The notes under the pieces: model-generated | The model's database searches: none | Told to the model about the DNA's origin: nothing | Seen by the model: only the letters and a program-made list of their open reading frames with translations | In this document: one piece after another, positions 57,901-64,000 of the stretch | Layout of the letters: each line of letters opens with the position of its first letter | Position numbering within the stretch: the first letter of the stretch is position 1 | NCBI GenBank assembly: GCA_964412025.1 | Contig: CAYPLY010000002.1 | Coordinates: 33,614-97,613, forward strand | Length of the DNA stretch: 64,000 bases | Direction: 5' to 3' | From: Candidatus Woesearchaeota archaeon | Lineage (GTDB): Archaea > Nanobdellota > Nanobdellia > Pacearchaeales > GW2011-AR1 | Translations under genes and position numbers: made by a program

Positions 57901-59298
57901 ACCTCCTCCAACAACTCTTAAATCGAAAGTATCTTGAATATCTGAGATTAAATTTGTTAAATAAATTTTATTGTACTCATCTGAAACTAAGGGAGTGAAT
58001 TCTGCAATTTTTATATCTGAATTAAATTCATAGACTTCAACTACTGGATTTCCACTTATAATTCTCGGAAAAATAGTTATATCTCTTTTATTGTCTAAAG
58101 GAACTTCAAAAGTTACTCTCACATAATCTCCATCTGAGATTTCTTCAGACCAGATATTATCTAATTCCTTAACTTCATTGTAAATATCTGAGATAAATTC
58201 CTTACTTGAAGAGAGATGGTCTGCCTTAGTTATAATAATTATCTCAAATGTTTGTTCGGATAAATGGGGTACAATCCATTCAACATAATCAATTAGTCCG
58301 TTATTGTTTGTGTCTTTTGCCTCAAAATTAAGATAAATTCCTTCCTCTTTCCAATAAATCTTTATGAAATCCTCCTGCCCAGTAGAAACTCTCTCAGGTA
58401 TTGAAGTGTAAGATAAAACATTCTCATAATGTACGTCCTCTTGAGAATAAACAATAACCTCTTTTTTATTTTCAGAGATATTCTTCTCCTCTATCTTTGG
58501 GGGCTCCGTAAAATATTCTAAGCTAAGATCCTCGGAGGGAGTTTCTCCAAGGTTTATAAATTTCTTTCCCTCAATCTCAACAATGTCATAATTAACAAAA
58601 ACCTCCCCATTTTCTTTTTTCAACTCTAATCCTATAGTGTTTGGAATCTCAATTAAACTAAGAGAATCTGCTTCCTTTACAAGCTTATTCCAAATTACTG
58701 GCTTGCCAATTTCTGCTTTTCCTTGGATTAAGCCTTGTTGAGAAGGAGAGTTTACTGAAAATTGATAATATTTAATTGCGTTTCCTCTTTCAAAACGTAC
58801 AGAATAAACTCCTTCCTCTAATAAATCAAAAAAGAATATATCATTGGAAGAAACCCTTGAGGATCTCTTTCCTGAGGGAGATAGAATTAATAATTCATAA
58901 TTTCCAAGTCCGTTAAAATTGAATTTCAGAGTATCCCAAAGAAGATAAGAGTTATCTGTTTCAAAATCAAATAAGATATAATCTTCTCGATTTGAGTTAA
59001 CCTGAAACTTTAATCTCTCAGAATAATCTTCTGATTTTATCTCGACTATATATTCTCCTACTTCAGTGAACTTTAGAGAAAGTTTATCCTCACAAACCTC
59101 CTGAACAATTATTTTTGAAGGGGCCTTAATTTTTAAAGAACAGGGGTTATATTTTGTTAAATCAATCTTTACTTCTTCTCCAAGAGAATAAGATTCTGCA
59201 GTAGAGGCTGAGCTGAATAGGGAAGAGAATATAAGGGCAAGCAATAAGACAAAAATTAAAATAATTACACCTATTTTTATAGCTCCTTTTTTGTTCAT
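51985..59298 (-). CDS. Giant (2,437 aa) secreted cell-surface protein: N-terminal beta domains, Gly-rich domain, at least 12 tandem ~95-aa Ig-like sequon-rich repeats
   Basis: Signal peptide; TWMVPAGVYEITVEAWGGGGAGGG...Gly-rich block (aa ~480-690); repeats with conserved P.I.L..P...C.L....N.S.F...DG.Y.W.V.C.D; ends ...AIFYVEIF. Confidence 0.6.
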   Translation of the reverse strand: MNKKGAIKIGVIILIFVLLLALIFSSLFSSASTAESYSLGEEVKIDLTKYNPCSLKIKAPSKIIVQEVCEDKLSLKFTEVGEYIVEIKSEDYSERLKFQVNSNREDYILFDFETDNSYLLWDTLKFNFNGLGNYELLILSPSGKRSSRVSSNDIFFFDLLEEGVYSVRFERGNAIKYYQFSVNSPSQQGLIQGKAEIGKPVIWNKLVKEADSLSLIEIPNTIGLELKKENGEVFVNYDIVEIEGKKFINLGETPSEDLSLEYFTEPPKIEEKNISENKKEVIVYSQEDVHYENVLSYTSIPERVSTGQEDFIKIYWKEEGIYLNFEAKDTNNNGLIDYVEWIVPHLSEQTFEIIIITKADHLSSSKEFISDIYNEVKELDNIWSEEISDGDYVRVTFEVPLDNKRDITIFPRIISGNPVVEVYEFNSDIKIAEFTPLVSDEYNKIYLTNLISDIQDTFDLRVVGGGVEFDHILDPYTYYLENFTSSTTWMVPAGVYEITVEAWGGGGAGGGRPAGGGGIAGGGGGGAYAKKTFSVTPYQNYTLVVGTSVAGTSGNGASGNPTYFGDGSELYAAGGSGGLSAGTGGEGGSVTNSIGDLIYMGGEGGTANSTFSGAGGGGAGSTGIGGNASVGTAGTGTPELGGDGGAGRTTTGSGNPGNTYGGGGGGGRKGSGGSVSGGAGAAGYMRISYSTYETGAFEVLLRTPITTDILYSQNVVFNFTPISSATFLNCSLWDNSTGSWHRNLTNQSTIFNNTFNYINKTYSSSGDYIWNIQCCDSSNGCFFGANNYTFSFDLAAPIINLIYPPNSSTITSDDNLYFVYNVSDLSSVENCSLYINNQLKKTEYSITKNSNMTFNEFLDNGIYTWYVSCVDEGGRTGFSQNRTINVSITPELFTGTLYESSTFNPSRNTLAEIKLKSTQDATTNSVIFDIGAGGLANIVSATSQYMGYNGAVIPSGTPISFSGTFSSSTPAGKIAITWKLYVSRGGTDTLICQLGNDANSGIFENAASGTNTTCIDRDIYLGQSDRLKLVINAYNTHNKDKVLTHTWDSGTNSYVVVNLTTEGFLHTDLVSPLVDPYVPQEDTFEATCEVNCSFGTCRNVNVYIQRNTSTSGWVNIGSSGNLILNSGETNPHYLGNVTNVSQNTTFVIRGNAYSSDNNIRCISVGTYDNYNGTTTNPVTVTSAGATPPSVNLTSPTNLTWFNSSQVVLYYNVSDLNDNLANSTLILNGQKNQTNQSAITNNAVNNFTIFLGQGIYNWSVNATDRTNLEAASNETRIFYVDLENPFVKLIYPEDGANNLVNNLNLVFNVTDNMDLNLSCNVILDGKTIHSGVYVENGTNASYNSGYLNVGTHYWNVTCFDNSLRSHTSETFHFNIDDVPPEIFLITSNYWWFNTSLVTLIYNASDNNDLNVADLYLNGTYNQSNQSLIINKAYNNFTLSLQDGFYNWTVNITDNGGYSTLASTRSFYVDTQNPIVYLLNPETSTISQSSYLSFYFNATDNLDSELICNLSVGEKYDNNIVVTRNANTSRPIIGLTDGLKVWNVSCVDSAGHYNISENREITIRESPKISLITENLTWFKENILLQYTPSDNTNLSNCSLYINNSFKDVAHSPLNNQLTNFSITDLSDGFYSWDVRCFDTYGLQNNSETRFFYRDNSSPQIELTYPEDEEVIYSSQITFNFTARDNLAQNLTCNFTVDNNITPLILENNSINLITRDLISGEHLWNVSCSDLSGNLNTSETRSFTTFAPPEVILISPEPDLWINYTEIEFEYYAYKYEEDIVNCSLYIDDSFVAVNSTPIINDNSNYFNEVLPQGNYTWNVYCVDSLGVMGSDENRTLYIDTEAPNIVLNFPEPNETLDWNEVLFNFTVEDNLNENISCSIFINDIFYDQVIAENSTPEIYPYLLDDGSYNWTIECIDNAENSNTSETRNFTVYAPPQITLYTPDDDFYGFGSSVTFHYLAEDAQIINNCTLYIDDVPNESKSSAQLIINPNFTISGITEGLHNWTVGCFDTNNPIPSYANATHKYFSMDFSPPLIILNSPENNSGIDFNEDRVYFNWTAIDVLDNILQCNLTIDGIVRRPNVWVTSNISKREYVLTSVLGQGEHSWNVTCWDQMKNTNISELRKFNLTYPDFFVNSSEIFFNNSNPKENQVIKITATIHNLAGVDIGNVTISFYEGDPDLGGVKIGSDIYTNLSMFSQINITKDWSSQMGPSEIFVVVDPPLSTNGSFIELNESNNKASRSISIGSWHFFYGDVLSSSNLVLADSLELKLTNWSTENFNQGNVYITDYDSYISWGTLQSLGKTKLNADSASDFEEVDTLLNSTLYTDSVYSTYTNSGTPKYTSDIYSFDDTIQEVPIINSTNNSNFITGILWDYSDDTNGTNGEFDLADKEDLIFISPINKYKEGTYGTYDYEIRVPAKLREYRTTDTKAAIFYVEIF

Positions 59299-59299
59299 C

Positions 59300-59533
59300 T
59301 TATTTCTTAATCTCCCAAAGATTTATTCTTCCAACCCTAAACCCATTTAGTTTATTGCTTAACTGTAATCTCAAGCAGCGCGTTTGAATAGAATGCCAGG
59401 GCTTACTTATCTCATCGGCTATCTCTTGGGTGGATTTTGGATTAACTGAATTTGAAAGACATTTAACAATCTCCCCTTCAAGTAAATCCTCTTTTTTGCG
59501 ATTAATCGTACGATTAATCATCCTTTTAACCAT
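59300..59533 (-). CDS. Small winged-helix transcriptional regulator
   Basis: 77 aa; LEGEIVKCLSNSVNPKSTQEIADEISKPWHSIQTRCLRLQ HTH-like; its stop abuts the giant gene's start. Confidence 0.45.
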   Translation of the reverse strand: MVKRMINRTINRKKEDLLEGEIVKCLSNSVNPKSTQEIADEISKPWHSIQTRCLRLQLSNKLNGFRVGRINLWEIKK

Positions 59534-59590
59534 ACTATATAACGCAATATTTTTTAATTTAAATACCTTTGGATTTAAAAATATAAAAAA

Positions 59591-60958
59591 TCAATAAATC
59601 TCTACAGCGAATTTCCCCTTATTTAAAACATATGTGGAATAATAAATATATTTGTTATCTTCATTATAAAAATCAAGAAAAACAGGTTTATTTTTATAAA
59701 AAAGCTGCAGGGTTTTATTCTTTTCTACTTTGAATATTAAAAAGATATCTTCAATATCGTTTTGGGGCATACTGGAAAGTATTGTAAATGATCTTTTATT
59801 GTTCCTGCCTCTCGTATTCTCTTCAAACTTGACATTGGAATGGGATTTTGATATATTTTTATTGGGAAATATAGCAACAATGTTTAGATACCCTTCGCTG
59901 TAGTTAAAAACTATGGGTTCATCTGGAGAGGCTCTTTGTGCAACCACTTTATTGAAATAACCTTCCTTTATATCTTTAGCTTTATGAAAAGGGATCAACT
60001 TAGTTCTAAACACTCTTAATTTAGTTGATTTATTTTGGTTATACATAGATTGATAAAATTGATAATCTGTTTTTAAAAGGACTTCTGGACTTATGAAACT
60101 ATAATTGATTGAAAACTCTTTTTGATTATCTATACTTTCTTTTAATATATTGTGTGTTTCACTAAAGTCTCCAGAGAAAAGATTATCTAAAGAGTCCCAT
60201 TCTGATGAAAAATAAAGCAAAAAATCCCCGGATACAGGATGCGAAGAGCTAAAAGCAGAGGTAAATATAATGTCTTCATTGGAAGGAATATAAAAAAACT
60301 CTCCTCTAAAATAACATTTATCACAAATGACATTATTTTTAATATTAAAATAATCTAAGTTATAAAAAACTAATTTTTCAGATATTTCTCTTTTACCATA
60401 AGAAATAAGAGTTAACTCATTTTCTCCCTTTTCCAATTCTATTGGAATTAAAACTTCGTTGCAGTTCTCACAAAAATGTTGATATATTTGTTTATTTGAA
60501 CTTTTAAGAGAGTAATTTAAACTGTTATAATTGCTTGCGAGAGAGAGATTTAAGTAAATATTGGATTGGTTTACAAAGATTCTCCCAGAGGGAGAATGTA
60601 TGTAGATTGCTTTTTGAGGATTTAACTGTGGAAATATTTCGTATCCCTCCCCGGTTATTACCAAGCTAACAGACTCAGATATAATCCCTAATTCTTCGTC
60701 AAAAACCTCTGCATAAATTTCATCCCCGAATGTAAAATTTCCTAGTTCTTCAATATCACAGCAAAATTTGTTCTCTGGGTTAATTTTACAACTAGCGGTC
60801 TTTAGGGGTTTTTCATCTTCATAAATTAAAACGTTTCCCCAAGAAGAAGAAAACTCTTCTGAATCGGAAACTATGCCACAAGCAAAATTGGATGAAATAA
60901 AAGATAAACTAAAAAGCACACCTGCAAAAAATACAAAAATAAAACAATATTTATTCAT
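59591..60958 (-). CDS. Secreted sequon-rich protein ending in ...KFAVEIY
   Basis: Signal peptide begins at the internal Met (MNKYCFIFVFFAGVLFSLSFISSNFA); the track ORF extends to 61045 but overlaps the upstream gene; many N-x-S/T. Confidence 0.4.
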   Translation of the reverse strand: MNKYCFIFVFFAGVLFSLSFISSNFACGIVSDSEEFSSSWGNVLIYEDEKPLKTASCKINPENKFCCDIEELGNFTFGDEIYAEVFDEELGIISESVSLVITGEGYEIFPQLNPQKAIYIHSPSGRIFVNQSNIYLNLSLASNYNSLNYSLKSSNKQIYQHFCENCNEVLIPIELEKGENELTLISYGKREISEKLVFYNLDYFNIKNNVICDKCYFRGEFFYIPSNEDIIFTSAFSSSHPVSGDFLLYFSSEWDSLDNLFSGDFSETHNILKESIDNQKEFSINYSFISPEVLLKTDYQFYQSMYNQNKSTKLRVFRTKLIPFHKAKDIKEGYFNKVVAQRASPDEPIVFNYSEGYLNIVAIFPNKNISKSHSNVKFEENTRGRNNKRSFTILSSMPQNDIEDIFLIFKVEKNKTLQLFYKNKPVFLDFYNEDNKYIYYSTYVLNKGKFAVEIY

Positions 60959-60992
60959 AAGTGTAGTAAAATAATGAAGTATAAAAGATTTT

Positions 60993-62093
60993 CTAACTAT
61001 CTGCAAGATGGATAAATTCCTCCTCTGTGGTCCTAGATTTTGCAAGAATAGCTATTGCAAAAAGAACTATTGCCCCCCCAAAAATGGAAAAGAAACCAGA
61101 AATATTTGTAGAAAATCCTAAGTCCAGAAAATCTTCATATGAAATTAAAATATTAAATCCAATTATTAATAAAGATATTTCTTTCATAAAAGTACCTCCT
61201 CCAAAAAAGAACAGCAATGCGATTAAAAGAGGAAGAAATATCCCCCCAAATATAATCATATTTAAAGAGCCCACACTATTGTTGCAGATAATTTCTGTAT
61301 GAGGTAGGCCCCCTTCATATATAATTCTTTCCAAATCGCAATTCGGATTTGTTTTGGAAATCAAAAAATGTCCTCCTTCATGGATTGTTAGAACTCCTAT
61401 AAAAATAAAGTTGGTTAATATTATTATAAAAACAAAATAACGTAAAAAATCAAAGAAATAATTATTATGCTTAAACTTTAAAGTTCTTCTCTCAAAAAAA
61501 TACTTTGGTAGTTTTTTCAAATCTAAGAAAAAGAAGAAAAGAAAAATTATGAAGAATGTATTGGATATTAAACTAACAATTGGAGAAAATTCTTTCTGGA
61601 AGAAAATAAGTACTTGTAAAAATAGCGACATCGAAGAGTAAAGTATAGCAAATTTAGAGGACCTCCCAAAATTAGGAGAAGGTATCATTAATATGAAAAG
61701 AACCATTATAAGGAATAATGAAGAGATTACGAGAAAGTTAGAGAAATCTATTCCTATAAGGACAGACAAGATAAATACCCCGTGAATTGAAAGAAGATAA
61801 AAAATCTTTTTGCTTTTTCTTATTGAGTAAATTATCGCCAGCAATAAAATTGATTCAATAAATAATACAATAGAATGAATGAATAGTAAATCTAAGGAAT
61901 TATATTTTTCCAGATTGAAAATCCAAGAAAATAAAACTAAAGAAAGCAAGATAAATACCCCCCCCAATAAAAAAAACAAAAAGAATATCTTTTTAGTATG
62001 CTGGTCACTGTAATATTTAACAAATTTAAAGATAAGGAAAATAGATATTCCTAGAGAGATTATAAGATTTAATATAAGCAAAAGTTTTATCAT
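60993..62093 (-). CDS. Polytopic membrane protein with HExxH zinc-metalloprotease motif (M50/site-2-protease-like)
   Basis: At least 9 TM helices; TIHEGGHFLIS inside a hydrophobic segment; later DFLDLG. Confidence 0.4.
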   Translation of the reverse strand: MIKLLLILNLIISLGISIFLIFKFVKYYSDQHTKKIFFLFFLLGGVFILLSLVLFSWIFNLEKYNSLDLLFIHSIVLFIESILLLAIIYSIRKSKKIFYLLSIHGVFILSVLIGIDFSNFLVISSLFLIMVLFILMIPSPNFGRSSKFAILYSSMSLFLQVLIFFQKEFSPIVSLISNTFFIIFLFFFFLDLKKLPKYFFERRTLKFKHNNYFFDFLRYFVFIIILTNFIFIGVLTIHEGGHFLISKTNPNCDLERIIYEGGLPHTEIICNNSVGSLNMIIFGGIFLPLLIALLFFFGGGTFMKEISLLIIGFNILISYEDFLDLGFSTNISGFFSIFGGAIVLFAIAILAKSRTTEEEFIHLADS

Positions 62094-62226
62094 GTTGATT
62101 CCAATATTTTTGTTCTCCTAACAAATACAAAATAGGAATATTTCATATAAAAATCTACTTAAATGATTATTTAAATGTTTTTTCAGAAAAATAGATAGAA
62201 GGGCATAAAAAAATAAAAATTTGCCC

Positions 62227-62928
62227 TTATTCTAATTCTACCCAAAAGTAATAGGTAGTTGTTGCAATATCTGATCCATGGCCGTCTTCCAATACTATCA
62301 TCTCGAAATCGTGAGGGTTGTTATCAAATCCGTTTGCATCTTCTAACAACAATGATGCAAATATTAGACTTTCGCCATCTGTTAATAAAACCTCGTTGAA
62401 AGTTCCTACTCCTGCACTGTTAAATAACAACGTATTATCACACATTCCAGTTGTGAATTGTTTGCTATTGGAAAAAAACTCGGGATGATTATTAAGACCA
62501 AATGTTTCGTTTATACCATCGGCATCGTCCCATTCAATTCCGAACATGTTCTCAAAGTATGTCATGTTATTTGTTTCATCATAACATTGAATCCCGTCCC
62601 AAACAACACCTGAAGCGTTTGATGCATAGATTTCACCCTCTGGAGAAGCAAGAGACCAGTTATACAAGACATTATCCGAAATATCTGCTAATTGTATTGA
62701 ACCTGAAACATTACCAAAATAACCCTGCCAAGATTGAGTTACGGATGTTGCAGTGATTTCAAGTTCTGTAACATTTCCTGCATAAGCAGAAGTATTCCCT
62801 GCATCACTAGTGTTCATTCTTGTACTAGTAAAATTAGTTACATCGGCACCAGTAGGAAGAGCGGAAACTAACATGGGCAACAACAATATCAAAAAGAATA
62901 CCCAAATAAAATTAATGATTTTCTTCAT
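62227..62928 (-). CDS. Secreted protein of the 'SWQGYFG...YYFWVELE' paralogue family
   Basis: Near-identical motifs to the 51080 gene (TQSWQGYFGNVSGSIQLAD, YNWSLASPEGEIYAS, TTTYYFWVELE). Confidence 0.5.
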   Translation of the reverse strand: MKKIINFIWVFFLILLLPMLVSALPTGADVTNFTSTRMNTSDAGNTSAYAGNVTELEITATSVTQSWQGYFGNVSGSIQLADISDNVLYNWSLASPEGEIYASNASGVVWDGIQCYDETNNMTYFENMFGIEWDDADGINETFGLNNHPEFFSNSKQFTTGMCDNTLLFNSAGVGTFNEVLLTDGESLIFASLLLEDANGFDNNPHDFEMIVLEDGHGSDIATTTYYFWVELE

Positions 62929-63547
62929 CTTTTTTACCTCCTTTCAGCTCTATACTTTTTTTTAAAAAAATAGGACATCTATGTACTATGAAAAGAGAGG
63001 AGAGATTCAGATTAGTTATTTCTTCAAGGGAATGGAACTCAAAATTTACTTTATCTTCATGCTTTTTTGAAAGAGCTTCTATGGCTTGCTGAGTCTTTTT
63101 ATCTTCTAGAAATATAATTATAGAATGGTTTGACTTTTTTGGGTCAACAAAAATTGCATTGATATCCTTAAAAACATCTTTAACTCTGTATAACAAATTT
63201 TCTAATATATTCTGGAGATGTTTATTTTCTAAAAACCATGTTCTCAACATAGACTTTTGATAATCGTCTAGGTTCAGAGATTTCTTCTCCCCAAAACCAT
63301 TTGACAACATTACAGAATATGAAATGTCTTTTGAGATTGAAAATAGATTCCTTGGTTTTCCTTTTTCAAATGCCCCTGTTTTTTCTTTAGAAACAATCTG
63401 CGCAGCTTCAAGCAGTTTTAACTGTTGACTGATAAAAGAAACTGTTGTTTTCGTTTTTTCAGCAATTTCTATTGGAGAAGAAGGCCTTTCTGAAATTATT
63501 TTTAGAATTTCCCATCTAGGTGAGGCTAGAAACGAATCGAGTTCCAT
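62912..63547 (-). CDS. ArsR/winged-helix family transcriptional regulator with extended C-terminal domain
   Basis: LASPRWEILKIISERPSSPIEIAEKTKTTVSFISQQLKLLEAAQIV HTH; overlaps the start of the downstream paralogue gene by 17 nt. Confidence 0.5.
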   Translation of the reverse strand: MELDSFLASPRWEILKIISERPSSPIEIAEKTKTTVSFISQQLKLLEAAQIVSKEKTGAFEKGKPRNLFSISKDISYSVMLSNGFGEKKSLNLDDYQKSMLRTWFLENKHLQNILENLLYRVKDVFKDINAIFVDPKKSNHSIIIFLEDKKTQQAIEALSKKHEDKVNFEFHSLEEITNLNLSSLFIVHRCPIFLKKSIELKGGKKDEENH

Positions 63548-63722
63548 TTGTTTATAAATATCTAAGTGTCTATTTAAATGTTTTGTTTAATTAATTAAGT
63601 TTGTTCTTTAACTTATAAAGATTTTAAATTTAAAAACTTTTTTAACTAATTAAAGTATTTAGTTAAGCAGTATAAGAAAAAAAGGAGGAAAATCGGAAAA
63701 TTCAAAACAAAAAATAAGCTAT

Positions 63723-64000
63723 TTACTCTAACTCTACCCAGAAGTAATAAGTGGTGGTAGAAGTATCTGTTAAATGTCCATTTTCTAATACAAGCATCTC
63801 GAAATCGTGAGGGTTGTTATCAAAACCAAAAACATCTTCATTTAGAAGAGAGGCAAAAACAACGCTATATGTTGTAGGTTCATATAACAAAACTTCTTCA
63901 AATTTATTGTCTTCTCCCTGACCTGCATCGCTAAATACTTGAGTATTCCTACACTCTCCCTCTCCAAACTCCAAATTGTTTGTATAAAAAGTGTTATGTC
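63723..64000 (-). CDS. Secreted paralogue-family protein, 5'-partial (N-terminus lies beyond the window end)
   Basis: Frame open to base 64000; ...HNTFYTNNLEFGEGEC...HDFEMLVLENGH...TTTYYFWVELE aligns with the C-terminal half of the 51080 and 62227 genes. Confidence 0.5.
   Translation of the reverse strand, partial: HNTFYTNNLEFGEGECRNTQVFSDAGQGEDNKFEEVLLYEPTTYSVVFASLLNEDVFGFDNNPHDFEMLVLENGHLTDTSTTTYYFWVELE

Noticed and set aside
60958-61045. Track-predicted N-terminal 29 residues of the 484-aa protein (start at 61045)
   Set aside because: That extension overlaps the upstream HExxH membrane-protein gene. The internal Met at 60958 begins a classical signal peptide, so the shorter start is preferred.

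Overview
The window is low-GC archaeal chromosome. The genes that identify it are archaea-specific ribosomal proteins (L32e, L19e, L18e, L21e), RNA polymerase subunits N, F and D, an AglB/STT3 oligosaccharyltransferase and SecY/SecDF. Part 1: a conserved ribosomal/translocon block (L32e-L19e-L18-S5-L30-L15-SecY, then a DUF106 insertase-like protein and prefoldin alpha) spans 1-5.5 kb. A large, dense N-glycosylation locus covers 7.2-25.7 kb. It contains an AglH-like GlcNAc-1-P transferase and AglB, about nine glycosyltransferases (GT2, GT4 and a GT17-like), a radical-SAM/SPASM enzyme, a DUF362 Fe-S protein, two methyltransferases, RmlC/RmlD-like enzymes and a Wzx-like flippase. SecF-SecD follow, then three tRNAs (Gly-TCC, Arg-CCT and a Leu with an apparent AAG anticodon) and a stand-alone 5S rRNA. 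The second conserved block (L21e-RpoF-DUF655-S13-S4-S11-RpoD ... L18e-L13-S9) is interrupted between rpoD and tRNA-Leu(CAA)/L18e by an ~11.3 kb insertion. Part 2: that insertion carries bacterial-type lipobox lipoproteins, beta-barrel-like proteins, a HerA/FtsK-superfamily ATPase fused to a wHTH, iteron-like repeats and an intrinsic-terminator-like hairpin. It is a candidate integrated element or horizontally acquired cassette. Downstream lies a tyrosine recombinase that is translationally coupled to a protein consisting of a Zn-ribbon plus a serine-recombinase-type 'recombinase' domain with no catalytic domain. Then comes a cell-surface locus: a 2,437-aa secreted giant protein with a Gly-rich domain and at least 12 tandem ~95-aa sequon-rich repeats, and five paralogous ~250-aa secreted proteins. 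Six of these secreted proteins end in a shared extreme C-terminal motif (aromatic-x-V-E-L/I-stop). A polytopic HExxH membrane metalloprotease-like gene and two small wHTH regulators sit beside them. The most interesting hypothesis is that these form a heavily N-glycosylated surface-structure module with a possible new C-terminal sorting or assembly signal. All family assignments come from motifs read by eye, with no database searches.
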